Below are positions 49,716-59,481 of a DNA stretch of 61,942 nucleotides, piece by piece. Position 1 is the first letter of the stretch, and the number at the start of each line of letters is the position of its first letter. A program made the position numbers and the translations under genes. Under the pieces are notes generated by a model. That model did not search any database, was not told the origin of the DNA, and was given only the letters and a program-made list of their open reading frames with translations. The DNA is from a bacterium (GTDB taxonomy: Bacteria > CLD3 > SB21): assembly GCA_013360215.1 (NCBI GenBank), contig JABWCP010000022.1, positions 1 to 61,942 of the forward strand. The letters are read 5' to 3'.

Positions 49716-52112
49716 ATGGCAAAAGGTGATTTTTTCAAAAACCTCCGAGCCAATACCGGTGCATTGATTTGTTTGATCATCAGTTTATTGGTATTTATTC
49801 CGGGCTTGGTTTTAAAAGTACTCCCCGATTTGAGCGATAATCTTATCGCATTTTACCTGTTAAATATCGGGCTCACTTTTGCCTCATTGCTTGCTTCCGT
49901 TATCGGTATATATCTTGCCGGTTTTCAAAATAAGACATTATCCGGTATTTTTATAACTCTACTAGCTGTTTGGCTTGGTAGTTTTCTCGTCAATGTCAAA
50001 GCCATCGAAAGTGTTGAACTAAAAACCTTGGATCAGAGATTTAGTTTTCGATACCAATACGTTGACCTAGAAAAAAGATTAACCCCTGAAGAATCTCCCA
50101 TCATCATCGTTGATGTGAGCGATCAAGCCGGTGAAGAAGTTCGTGATCGCTATCCTTGGCCGCGTACGTATTACGCCCATTTTATCCGTAATATGAAACG
50201 CGCCGGCGCTAAAGTGGTCGGAATAGATATTGTGTTTGATGCCCCGGATTATAATGGTCCCGAAAAGGATGATGATCTCGCGGCGGCTATCAAAGAATGC
50301 GGCAACGTCGTATTGGCCGGTAAAGTCATTAAAGGCGATGTAGCTTCCGGCGGCGGAAGTATCGGCACAACAGCCAAGCCGCTTCCTAAATTTCTGGATG
50401 AAGGAATCGGAAAATGGGGTTTTGTCGGTGTAACCAATGATATTGACGGTTTTTGGCGGCAATATCTGGTTGAAGAAAAAACGGGTGATGATGAACACGA
50501 GCAGGTTTTTCACTCGTTTGGCGTCGAAGTTTTACGCAAATATTATGATATCCCTGATTCTGCAAAATTCATCAACAATGAACAATTTTTTCAATTCGGC
50601 GACAAAGTTATACGCAAGTATAAACCCTACTCTTTTTTGATCAACTTCGCCGGTCCTAAAGCTACATTCCCCTATAAATCGTTCGAACTTACGGTGGATG
50701 ATGCCGCATTTGATCTCAAAGAAGGGCGCGATCTGGATTCGTTTGATGATGAAGGCGATCCCGATCTAGGGATCCCCCCCGGCCTGCTTAAATCCGGTTT
50801 CTTTAAGGACAAAATCGTTCTTCTCGGTGCGACGATGGAAGAGTTGCACGACGTGTTTTCCGTACCGATCAGTGAAGTGCGCACTTCCGATGGAAAAAAA
50901 CTAGAAACCCTGATGCCCGGAGTTGAAATCCACGCCAACGCAATTTATACCATTATCAAAGATAACTATGTTACCATACAGGCGGATTGGATTCGTGTTT
51001 TAATTGTAACGTTGAGCGCATTTGTTGTGTTTCTCTTGGTCAGTCGCCTTAATAAACCGTTACTGGCATTGCCGATTTTGTTACTGATCATTGCATCGGT
51101 TATCGCCTTAGCATTCTATTTATTTGCAAAACATAACATTCACATGCAACTCGTGACGCCGGTATTGGCGATCATGTTTACCTATGTCGGTAATGTGATC
51201 TTTCAATATCTCGGCGAGCGTAAAGAAAAAGCACAGATTCGTAATGCATTCGGTCGTTACTTGCCTGAAAAAGTAGTTGCGCAGCTTGTCGAGAATCCCG
51301 GTTTGCTCAAGCTCGGCGGTGAAGAACGTGTTCTTTCCATTCTATTCTCCGACGTGGCGGGTTTTACCACGATTTCCGAAAAATTGACACCGGTCGAGTT
51401 GGTACACTTGCTTAATGAATACCTGACGGCAATGACCAATATTATTTCCAAATACGACGGCATCATTGATAAATATGAAGGCGATGCGATCATGGCGGAG
51501 TTTGGCGCACCTTTGCAAGACGATGAACACGCCGCCAAAGCATGTTATGCGGCGTTAGAAATGCAGGAGAAACTCGTCGAAATGCGCGTCAAATGGAAAC
51601 GTGAAGGCCGCCCTGAACTTAAAGCGCGTGCCGGCATCAATTCCGGTAACGTCGTACTCGGTAACATGGGTTCCGAATCCGTTTTCGATTATACCGTTAT
51701 GGGTGATAATGTGAACCTCGCTTCCCGTCTCGAAGGCGCCAATAAAGAGTACGGCACATATATTATGATCAGCGAAATGACGCGCGAATTTGTCAAAGAA
51801 CAAGTCATCACCCGCGAACTTGATATTCTACGCGTCAAAGGTAAAGCCAAAGGCGTGAAAGTATTTGAGGTTATCGCCCGCACCTCAACGGGTATTACGG
51901 CGAATATGAAAAAAACTATCGAAAACTATAATAAAGGCCTCGAATTATATCGTCAACAGCGTTGGGACGAAGCTATGGTGCTTTTCAAAACGGCACTCAC
52001 TACCAATCCGGACGACGGTCCTTCGCAGACCTATATCGAACGCTGTGAAGAGTTCAAACTCAATCCGCCGCCGGAAAATTGGGACGGTATTTTTGAAATG
52101 AAGACGAAATAA
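49716..52112 (+). CDS. CHASE2-domain class III adenylate cyclase with C-terminal TPR-like tail
   Basis: PWPR..GAKVVGIDIVF..MPGVEIHAN (CHASE2); 3 TMs; FSDVAGFT, DKYEGDA, DYTVMGDNVNLASRLE (Lys/Asp, ATP-specific). Confidence 0.94.
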   Translation: MAKGDFFKNLRANTGALICLIISLLVFIPGLVLKVLPDLSDNLIAFYLLNIGLTFASLLASVIGIYLAGFQNKTLSGIFITLLAVWLGSFLVNVKAIESVELKTLDQRFSFRYQYVDLEKRLTPEESPIIIVDVSDQAGEEVRDRYPWPRTYYAHFIRNMKRAGAKVVGIDIVFDAPDYNGPEKDDDLAAAIKECGNVVLAGKVIKGDVASGGGSIGTTAKPLPKFLDEGIGKWGFVGVTNDIDGFWRQYLVEEKTGDDEHEQVFHSFGVEVLRKYYDIPDSAKFINNEQFFQFGDKVIRKYKPYSFLINFAGPKATFPYKSFELTVDDAAFDLKEGRDLDSFDDEGDPDLGIPPGLLKSGFFKDKIVLLGATMEELHDVFSVPISEVRTSDGKKLETLMPGVEIHANAIYTIIKDNYVTIQADWIRVLIVTLSAFVVFLLVSRLNKPLLALPILLLIIASVIALAFYLFAKHNIHMQLVTPVLAIMFTYVGNVIFQYLGERKEKAQIRNAFGRYLPEKVVAQLVENPGLLKLGGEERVLSILFSDVAGFTTISEKLTPVELVHLLNEYLTAMTNIISKYDGIIDKYEGDAIMAEFGAPLQDDEHAAKACYAALEMQEKLVEMRVKWKREGRPELKARAGINSGNVVLGNMGSESVFDYTVMGDNVNLASRLEGANKEYGTYIMISEMTREFVKEQVITRELDILRVKGKAKGVKVFEVIARTSTGITANMKKTIENYNKGLELYRQQRWDEAMVLFKTALTTNPDDGPSQTYIERCEEFKLNPPPENWDGIFEMKTK

Positions 52113-52141
52113 TTGACAATAGTTTTTAGATTGATTATTAT
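52113..52141 (+). promoter_or_regulatory. Sigma70 promoter
   Basis: TTGACA-17 nt-TATTAT upstream of 52211. Confidence 0.6.
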
Positions 52142-52210
52142 GGGTCGTCCAAAAGCCCAATCTGAAATTTCTATTTCTAAATTCATATATCGCATTATGA
52201 GGAGTTATCC

Positions 52211-53044
52211 ATGATCGAACGGAGCAATTTTTCAAAGGACAAGTCTATTGATCTTGATCAACCCGAAAGTATCATTGATTGGTTTTGGGTTTTCTGGGGT
52301 TGCGTGATAGGTATTGTTATCATCGGCGCTTTCACATTTATCACATCTACTAAATACAATCCGGACGTTGTAAAAGCCGTACCGATGTTGATCGGCGGGC
52401 TTGCTTTTGCCGTTACCGGCATGATTTTAGGTCATTACTCACCCGGTCATACGGTCAAAGAAGCTGCTGTAGCCGGATTAGTTATTCCCATCATCGGCTT
52501 TGTGCTCTCGGGTATGGGATACGGCCCCACATTTATAGCTGAACTCGGCATATTTGAAAAAATCGGTGTCGCACTGGCCGGCATGTTGATCTGCCAGCTC
52601 GGCGGCTGGGTTGGCGAAGAATTGGAAGGATACGACCATCCCACAAAATGGCTGCAATGGCATTGGATTATCGTTGCCGTTGTGATCGGCTTTATGCTCA
52701 ATAGTTTTGTGATTTTCTTCGTCGGTTTGATTTCTCTTACACCGGTACCTGTTTTTATGGCATTGAGCGTATTTGCAGCCGGAATTGTAGCGGGTTATAA
52801 GTCACCAGGGCATACTGAAAAGGAATGCAGTATTGCAGGCGCTTTAACGATTCTTTTGGATTACTTATTTATCACTTTCGCTTTAGGTATCGAAGCAAAA
52901 GATTTCGGTATCGAATCTGGCACTATGGCTTTCATCCTATTAGTCGCACTTGCTGTTGCAGGCGGGTTAGGCCTTTTGGGCGGATGGATCGGTGAACGTA
53001 TGCAGATTCAAGAAAAAGAAGAAGAAAAAGAACTGAACAACTGA
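52211..53044 (+). CDS. Polytopic membrane protein with internal two-fold repeat
   Basis: GAGGAG RBS; ~8 TMs; repeats GHYSPGHTVKEAAVAG/GYKSPGHTEKECSIAG and LGGWVGE/LGGWIGE. Confidence 0.8.
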   Translation: MIERSNFSKDKSIDLDQPESIIDWFWVFWGCVIGIVIIGAFTFITSTKYNPDVVKAVPMLIGGLAFAVTGMILGHYSPGHTVKEAAVAGLVIPIIGFVLSGMGYGPTFIAELGIFEKIGVALAGMLICQLGGWVGEELEGYDHPTKWLQWHWIIVAVVIGFMLNSFVIFFVGLISLTPVPVFMALSVFAAGIVAGYKSPGHTEKECSIAGALTILLDYLFITFALGIEAKDFGIESGTMAFILLVALAVAGGLGLLGGWIGERMQIQEKEEEKELNN

Positions 53045-53066
53045 TAGCTAAAATTATAGTTCCAAT

Positions 53067-53098
53067 AAAAAAACCGAATGACAACATTCGGTTTTTTT
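53067..53098. terminator. Bidirectional terminator
   Basis: AAAAAAACCGAATG-acaa-CATTCGGTTTTTTT. Confidence 0.85.
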
Positions 53099-53125
53099 AT
53101 TTTATATACATACTTCTACTCTACA

Positions 53126-53878
53126 CTATTTCCCTTTTCGTCTTTGTCGCATGACATCAAAAAAGACAATGCCCGCAGCCACCGAAGCATTGAGCGATTG
53201 GATTTGGCCGCTCATCGGGATGCGAATCAAAAAATCACAATGTTCAGCTACCATTTTACGCATCCCTTTACCTTCACTACCTATAACAATACCGACAGCA
53301 TCACGCGCATCAATCGCATCATAATCGCGATCTCCGTCAAGACTTGTTCCGTAAATCCAAACCCCGCGTTCCTGTAATTCTTCAAGCGCTTGTGTAAGAT
53401 TAGTTACTTGTACGACGGGAATATACGCCGTGGCGCCCGCAGACGTTTTTACAACGGTTGCGTTAACTTCTGCCGAACGGTGTTTAGGGATGACTATACC
53501 GTGAAAACCGGCGCATTCGGCACTGCGAATAATAGCTCCGAGATTATGCGGGTCGGTTATTTCATCCAAAATAGCAACGAGCGGCTTCTCTCCGGCAGCA
53601 ACGGCACGATCAAATATAACGTCCATTTCCACGTATTGGAATTCTTTTTGATCAAGCAATACCATGGCGCCTTGATGATTATTTTTTCCGCCGATCATAT
53701 CTGAAAAATACCGCGCATCCATGGTTCGAACACGAATTTGTTTTCTTTTGCAGACGTTGATAATTTCATCAATGGCGTCGCCATGAGCGCCGATTTGCAG
53801 TATTACTTCTTTTACAGGAATTCCAGATTTAAGCGCTTCGAAAACAGGTTGTCTTCCGAAAATAATATTAGTTTTCAT
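53126..53878 (-). CDS. rlmB: 23S rRNA (G2251-2'-O)-methyltransferase
   Basis: FGRQPVFEAL, NHQG, ITDPHNLGAIIRSAE, IGSEGKG, SLNASVA. Confidence 0.95.
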   Translation of the reverse strand: MKTNIIFGRQPVFEALKSGIPVKEVILQIGAHGDAIDEIINVCKRKQIRVRTMDARYFSDMIGGKNNHQGAMVLLDQKEFQYVEMDVIFDRAVAAGEKPLVAILDEITDPHNLGAIIRSAECAGFHGIVIPKHRSAEVNATVVKTSAGATAYIPVVQVTNLTQALEELQERGVWIYGTSLDGDRDYDAIDARDAVGIVIGSEGKGMRKMVAEHCDFLIRIPMSGQIQSLNASVAAGIVFFDVMRQRRKGK

Positions 53879-55490
53879 TATTTTTCCGTTTAAAACTATT
53901 CTTCATTGTTAAGTTCAACGAATGGAAAAAGGATCGGATGGTCAACCAACCCATCGTTTTTTCAGTTACGGTTTGATATATCAAGACACACCCAAGTATG
54001 CCTAAAAAGAAATTCATAAACCACATTGCAAAAAAAGGATTCATTAGCCCGCGATCCGCCAGATCCTCTCCGAGTATTAAACAGAAATAATATGCGATAA
54101 AGAAAAACAAACTAATCCCTGCGGCGAGACCCAAATTACCGCGTTTGGCTTTCACACCGATAGGCGCACCCAATAACACAAAAATCAAACATGCCATCGG
54201 TATCGAATATTTTTTATTCACCTCGACCATACTCTGATCCATCAGCCGCTGATAGCTCGAAACGGTACTGATATTTCCGGAAACCTGATTGCTGATCGCG
54301 GTTAACGGCATTTCTACAGAATCGACCGGTATTGCAGACTTGCTCATATTGGGTCGTCGCCCCAAACTCGGATCTAAACTGCGTAAAGCCGATGGTTGTG
54401 ATTCAGCCACCGGTACCGTATGTTTCAGAGTGTCTTTCAAATAAGTTTGTATAGTTTGTTTAAGAGAATCCGATAAAACATAATCCGTATATGGGACATA
54501 CGCCGTATCCAACGCCAGGCGTAGATTCCAATCCATGAAATAATCATTGATCGCATCTAGCCAACTGAACTCCACACAATATTTTTCGACTAATTTGCGA
54601 GCGCGGGGATCCAATTGCGTAACGGATTCCGGTTTTTTTTCTATATTTTTTAAAACCAACCCCATCTGCCTTTCACGTTCTTTGCGATGACGTGCTACTT
54701 CTTCCATGAGTTGATCTATATTCTTTTCGCGATCGTTTCTAAAGGTCTCATCACTTGTTTTTAACGATAGGTTTTCAACGGCAACGATCACTTTGTATTT
54801 TTGAAAAGTTATGCGCTGATATTGATCATTTTTGCCCTGATGGTATTCGTGTATTTCACCCTCTTCCAACTCCAATATCATATTATCGTTGGATTCTTCG
54901 ATCGCTATAGATCCGCGTTTGGCTGTTATGGTTCGTTGTGCATTGCGGTCGGATTTATCAAATATCGTTACACCATAAATTGTGGAGCCGAGTTCATCTT
55001 TGTTTTCAACGATCATGCTAAAATTTTCAATGCCCTCCAAGAACACACCCGGCTCAATGGAAAGTGTCGGTCTTTTAGCCTGGATATTTTTTTTTAGAAC
55101 GCGTGCATTGTGATTAGCCAATGGCAACACTTCATCATTAAACCAAAAAACACCGTAGGTAATAACGCACGCAACGAGAATGACAGGAAATATCAATTTA
55201 AAAAAATTAATACCCCCGGCCTTAAGGGCCGTCACTTCATTGTCGGAGGCGAGACGACCAAACGCCATGATCGTAGCGACGAGAATAGACATCGGAACGA
55301 CCAATACGATAATTCCCGCAAGATTGTATGCAATGAACTCTAAAATCACCGTCATGCTGATGCCTTTGCCTATAATATAACGCATCGCTTGCAGTACAAA
55401 ATTGAGCAAAAGCATGGATGTGATAAGCGCAAGCGCAAAGAAAAACGGTCCGATGTGTTCGCGGATCACATAGCGGGAAACGATAAACAT
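53868..55490 (-). CDS. LptF/LptG family LPS export permease
   Basis: RYVIRE, GRLASDNEVTALKAGG, beta-jellyroll periplasmic domain, KYSIPMACLIFVLLGAPIG. Confidence 0.9.
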   Translation of the reverse strand: MFIVSRYVIREHIGPFFFALALITSMLLLNFVLQAMRYIIGKGISMTVILEFIAYNLAGIIVLVVPMSILVATIMAFGRLASDNEVTALKAGGINFFKLIFPVILVACVITYGVFWFNDEVLPLANHNARVLKKNIQAKRPTLSIEPGVFLEGIENFSMIVENKDELGSTIYGVTIFDKSDRNAQRTITAKRGSIAIEESNDNMILELEEGEIHEYHQGKNDQYQRITFQKYKVIVAVENLSLKTSDETFRNDREKNIDQLMEEVARHRKERERQMGLVLKNIEKKPESVTQLDPRARKLVEKYCVEFSWLDAINDYFMDWNLRLALDTAYVPYTDYVLSDSLKQTIQTYLKDTLKHTVPVAESQPSALRSLDPSLGRRPNMSKSAIPVDSVEMPLTAISNQVSGNISTVSSYQRLMDQSMVEVNKKYSIPMACLIFVLLGAPIGVKAKRGNLGLAAGISLFFFIAYYFCLILGEDLADRGLMNPFFAMWFMNFFLGILGCVLIYQTVTEKTMGWLTIRSFFHSLNLTMKNSFKRKNNEN

Positions 55491-55507
55491 GCCGTGACGT
55501 TTCGGTA

Positions 55508-56092
55508 TTAAGATTTGAGGAGATTTATCTGATCGCGGAGCTTAGCGGCCAACTCATAGTTTTCAGACTCAACGGCCTTTTGAAGGTCTTTTTCCAGTTT
55601 TTCAAGCGGTGTCATGGAAAGTTCGGATGCTTCCGAAGCCGGAACTTTGTTTGTTTGTTTGACATACGCACCGGATTGGACGTCCACATCCAATCCCGCA
55701 GCTTCCATCACTTTTTCTTCTACAAAGATCGGAGAGCCGACGCGTATCGCTATTGCAATCGCATCCGACGGGCGCGAATCAATCACTTGTTCCCCGACAG
55801 AATTACTGTGGATATGAATCGAAGCAAAAAAAGTATTTTTATTTAATTCGGTAATGACAACTTTGTCAACTTCAGCATCCAAGGCGTCTAAAATCTGGAC
55901 GGCTAAATCATGAGTAAACGGGCGAAAAGGTTTGATACCCTGAAGTTCCAGTGCGATCGAATGCGCTTCCGGCGCGCCGATAACAACCGGTAACATGCGA
56001 CCTTTTTCAAGTCCGGTTTCTACCAATTGCAGGATATAGCCATTACTCTGCTCATCCTCAATAATCCATTTTATTTCGACCTGCAATTCCAT
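55508..56092 (-). CDS. Bifunctional nuclease (DUF151) with C-terminal UVR domain
   Basis: LPVVIGAPEAHSI, RPFTHDL, IDSRPSDAIAIA; AVESENYELAAKLRD. Confidence 0.92.
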   Translation of the reverse strand: MELQVEIKWIIEDEQSNGYILQLVETGLEKGRMLPVVIGAPEAHSIALELQGIKPFRPFTHDLAVQILDALDAEVDKVVITELNKNTFFASIHIHSNSVGEQVIDSRPSDAIAIAIRVGSPIFVEEKVMEAAGLDVDVQSGAYVKQTNKVPASEASELSMTPLEKLEKDLQKAVESENYELAAKLRDQINLLKS

Positions 56093-56143
56093 TACAATTT
56101 CCGTTTCAGTTCTAGAATAAGTTAATATACGACTTAAGGAAAA

Positions 56144-56989
56144 TCAATTATTTTTAACGGTGAAATCGGATTCGTTTTCTTGCCCGACAAACAACAGATC
56201 GGGTATTTCATCGATGATACCGTAATAAAAACAATAAGAATAATATTCCTTCAGCCCTTCAAGTTCCGCTTTCCCAAGTTTGTATTGTATGTTCTCCGTG
56301 AGGTAATTGGCATAAAAATCAGGTTCAAAACCTCGCGCGCGTTCTTGGCTGTAAACTCGTGAAATCTCCGTAATATGATCCAGGCCCGCATCGCGAGAAG
56401 CCGTTAGTGTAAGAATATCTTCCGTATTCAATGCGTCTTCAGCAGCAGCCCAAAACGAATACACAAATGGCAATCCGTCTGTCATATCACCCCACTCTTC
56501 TCCCAGATCAATTTTGTTATCCCATGTATCGTATAACTCAAGTGCATTATCACCGATGATCAAGGCCGCATCGGCCTTTGACAGCATAACTTCGACTTGC
56601 GGTGGCATTGGAATAAACTCAGGGTGAATATCAAATTTTTCGCGTAGAATAATATCTAGCAATCCCACCGATGTACGGCTGCTGATATCGACGGCAACGG
56701 TGTTAATATTCTCAAGATTTCGATTAAAAAAAAGCTCCACGCTTTTCACAAATTGATGTGAAATAACACCGATGTCGGGCACGATCCGAAGGTTTCGATG
56801 ACCGCGAATACGCGAATATTCGATCGACGGTATCAATGCGAGATCAACTTCTTTGTTTTTAAGTTTATCCGCACAGACCGAAGGAATAGCGTATTGAAGT
56901 TCAAACCGCGCTGCGGCGGCTTGCTGCAAACCATAAACGATAGGTCTTGTATTTAGATACTCTACAGCACAGGTTTTAATTTTTTGCAA
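56144..56989 (-). CDS. mqnA: Chorismate dehydratase (futalosine pathway)
   Basis: YLNTRP, SRTSV, LIIGDNAL, DLGEEW..T.GLPFVYSFW. Confidence 0.88.
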   Translation of the reverse strand: MQKIKTCAVEYLNTRPIVYGLQQAAAARFELQYAIPSVCADKLKNKEVDLALIPSIEYSRIRGHRNLRIVPDIGVISHQFVKSVELFFNRNLENINTVAVDISSRTSVGLLDIILREKFDIHPEFIPMPPQVEVMLSKADAALIIGDNALELYDTWDNKIDLGEEWGDMTDGLPFVYSFWAAAEDALNTEDILTLTASRDAGLDHITEISRVYSQERARGFEPDFYANYLTENIQYKLGKAELEGLKEYYSYCFYYGIIDEIPDLLFVGQENESDFTVKNN

Positions 56990-56994
56990 ACGTC

Positions 56995-57297
56995 TTATTC
57001 CTCATTTTCATCACGATCTTCATCTTCTTCTGACGCACCGACATCGGCGTCCTCTGACAGCTCCATATCAGGTAATTCGATGTCTTTACAAACATCCAAA
57101 GCTTCCTGCAATTTATCTTGAGGAACGAGGATTTTGATCTCCGATAAGTCTCCTACCCACACCGTATTGACACTGTCTTTTTGACTGAACACAGTATTTT
57201 CTATGCCGGCCGACTGTAGCTGGTCACTGATCAGCTCCGCTTGATGTTCATAGGAAACCGTTTTAACAACGGCCCAACCTTCGATTAATTCACTCAT
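56995..57297 (-). CDS. DUF2007-like putative signal-transducing protein
   Basis: GGAGG RBS; W..V...AELI..L.SAGI...ILVP....EA pattern; acidic tail. Confidence 0.7.
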   Translation of the reverse strand: MSELIEGWAVVKTVSYEHQAELISDQLQSAGIENTVFSQKDSVNTVWVGDLSEIKILVPQDKLQEALDVCKDIELPDMELSEDADVGASEEDEDRDENEE

Positions 57298-57310
57298 AAC
57301 AACCTCCGAT

Positions 57311-58165
57311 TTATTTGGGTTGCAGTACTCCGATCCAGTATTCCGCGCTTTCTTTCCATCGTTTATCGTTGGCAGCTTTCCGATAATCCGCTAACGCTTC
57401 CTCGGTTCTATTCAAAAGTCGTAACGCCTCAGCCCGTTCAAAAAGAATTCCGTACTTCCATTTTTCTTCTTCTATGTTTCCGGCTTGGTTTATCAATCGT
57501 AATGTTCGCTCCGGTTCTTTGGCTTCATTGTAACAATTAGATAGTTCATACACGGAAGCGGCATGCGCCGGATGATGATTAACTATCTGCTCTAAAATTG
57601 CCACGGCTTCATCCGTTCGATTTAGTTGATCCTTTAGAAGCTTCGCTTTAATGTAAGAAATTTCAGGATGAACCGCATTATTTTTCAAAAAATCATTACA
57701 AGTTTCAATAGCTAGCGAATAATTTTTAACATCCGAAAGAAGCCATACTTTGTATTGAACAGCTTTTGCTGTTATATTTGTATTTCCATTCGGAAGATGA
57801 ATGGCTAAATCATAATACACCATAGCGCGGTTGATTTCACCGGTACGCCGGTAAGCCACGCCGAGATTAACGTAAACTTTTTGGTAAGACGAGTCGGCGG
57901 TAATCGCTTTATGATAAATGGATATAGCTTCGTTCCAACGTTTAGCTTTACTTAATCTATTCCCTTCTTTGTAATAACCCCGTGCCTGTTCCCGGGCTGC
58001 ACGACGGGATTGATTGAGGCTATCGGTTTCTTTCCTCTTTTGTTTCCAATTTTCAAGCTGCACGGTATAATCATCACCATCGTCATCCTGTTCTTGCGCA
58101 AAAGCGATGGGGAACGTGCTAAACAGCAAAATAATATAAAACAAAAAAGGCGCCGACTTTGTCAT
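57311..58165 (-). CDS. Secreted TPR protein
   Basis: Signal MTKSAPFLFYIILLFSTFPIAFA/Q; TPRs (YVNLGVAY..G...A); start moved downstream of the tRNA. Confidence 0.8.
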   Translation of the reverse strand: MTKSAPFLFYIILLFSTFPIAFAQEQDDDGDDYTVQLENWKQKRKETDSLNQSRRAAREQARGYYKEGNRLSKAKRWNEAISIYHKAITADSSYQKVYVNLGVAYRRTGEINRAMVYYDLAIHLPNGNTNITAKAVQYKVWLLSDVKNYSLAIETCNDFLKNNAVHPEISYIKAKLLKDQLNRTDEAVAILEQIVNHHPAHAASVYELSNCYNEAKEPERTLRLINQAGNIEEEKWKYGILFERAEALRLLNRTEEALADYRKAANDKRWKESAEYWIGVLQPK

Positions 58166-58198
58166 CGAATCGCCTTTTAAAAAATTTGGATTCATAAG

Positions 58199-58280
58199 TG
58201 CGGAAGGCGGGATTTGAACCCGCACGCCTACCGGCGCCACCCCCTCAAGATGGTGCGTCTGCCAATTTCGCCACTTCCGC
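58199..58280 (-). tRNA. tRNA-Leu(GAG)
   Basis: GCGGAAGTGGCGAAATTGGCAGACGCACCATCTTGAGGGGGTGGCGCCGGTAGGCGTGCGGGTTCAAATCCCGCCTTCCGCA; long variable arm; follows secG. Confidence 0.96.
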
Positions 58281-58371
58281 ATAAATTAGCGCACGAAATA
58301 TACGCTAATTTTATTTTTTTGCAATAAAAAAAGCTGCAAAATCCGTAAATCTTACGAATGTATTGCGGTTC

Positions 58372-58683
58372 TTAGTTTTGCGGTGTAGGAAGCGCAGGCG
58401 CAGACTGTCCGCCACCTTGTTCCAGTTCTTTTTCTATAATACCCTGCTCGGCACCACCATCACGCAATCCTTTGATATTAAGGCTCACACTGAGTACGGC
58501 GAACAAAATGGCAAGTACAACCGTAGCTTTGACAAGGGTATCTGCAGCTTGACGTCCGCTAAGAATAGTTGAAGCGCCACCACCGAGACCTGCAAGTCCG
58601 CCGCCTTTGCTGGATTGCATAAGAATCGCACCGATCAACAAAATGCTGACAATGATGTGTAAAACAACAAGAAACGCAAACAT
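58372..58683 (-). CDS. secG: Preprotein translocase subunit SecG
   Basis: ILMQSSKGGGLAG.GG..., 2 TMs, after tpiA. Confidence 0.93.
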   Translation of the reverse strand: MFAFLVVLHIIVSILLIGAILMQSSKGGGLAGLGGGASTILSGRQAADTLVKATVVLAILFAVLSVSLNIKGLRDGGAEQGIIEKELEQGGGQSAPALPTPQN

Positions 58684-58719
58684 GGATTTACTCCTGAGTA
58701 ATGATGAATTATAATTGAA

Positions 58720-59481
58720 TTATATTTTTTCAGCTGCATGTATGATCGCGGCAAACGACTCGGCTTCGAGGCTGGCGCCGCCTACGAGGGCGCCGTCAAT
58801 ATCCGCACAACCTAATAAGGCGGCAGCATTATCGGGTTTCACGCTCCCGCCATATTGAATGATCATTTTATCTGATATTGTTTTTCCAAATGAATCCCGC
58901 GCTAAGTCGCGTATAAACTTATGTACCGCTTCGGCTTCGGCAACCGTAGCATTTTTGCCCGTTCCAATGGCCCAAACCGGCTCGTATGCAATAATTATTT
59001 TGGCTGCTTTATCTGAATCCAGATTTTTCATCGCACCGAGGTATTGCTGACGAATAACCGATTCGGTATGTCCTTCCTGGCGTTGTTCAAGCGTCTCACC
59101 GACGCATACGATCGGCGTAAGTGATTCCAGCAAAGCAAATTCGATTTTATGATTTACCATCGTATCGGTTTCAAAAAAATGTTGCCGCCTTTCCGAGTGG
59201 CCGATGATCACATATTCGCAGCCGGATTCTTTGATCATTTCGGCAGAAATCTCACCGGTATAGGCTCCGTATTTATGCAAATACATATTCTGCGCGCCGA
59301 CTTTGATTTTAGTATCTTTCAAAACATCACGCACCGCGGCAATACTGATGGACGGAGGGCAAACAGCCATCTCCGTTTTACGGATATCGGTTAATTTCAG
59401 TTTGAGCGATTTGGCTAAGTGCAGGGCCGCATTCGGGCCTTTATGCATTTTCCAATTTCCGACGATTACCTTTTTACGCAT
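58720..59481 (-). CDS. tpiA: Triosephosphate isomerase
   Basis: [34 protein letters not shown]. Confidence 0.98.
   Translation of the reverse strand: MRKKVIVGNWKMHKGPNAALHLAKSLKLKLTDIRKTEMAVCPPSISIAAVRDVLKDTKIKVGAQNMYLHKYGAYTGEISAEMIKESGCEYVIIGHSERRQHFFETDTMVNHKIEFALLESLTPIVCVGETLEQRQEGHTESVIRQQYLGAMKNLDSDKAAKIIIAYEPVWAIGTGKNATVAEAEAVHKFIRDLARDSFGKTISDKMIIQYGGSVKPDNAAALLGCADIDGALVGGASLEAESFAAIIHAAEKI

Noticed and set aside
57311-58280. tRNA-Leu (or tRNA-Gln) as an integration site of a genomic island
   Set aside because: No integrase or duplicated tRNA 3' end seen; flanking genes are housekeeping.
58166-58282. N-terminal extension of the TPR ORF
   Set aside because: It is the tRNA-Leu gene read in frame; the signal peptide starts at ATG 58165.
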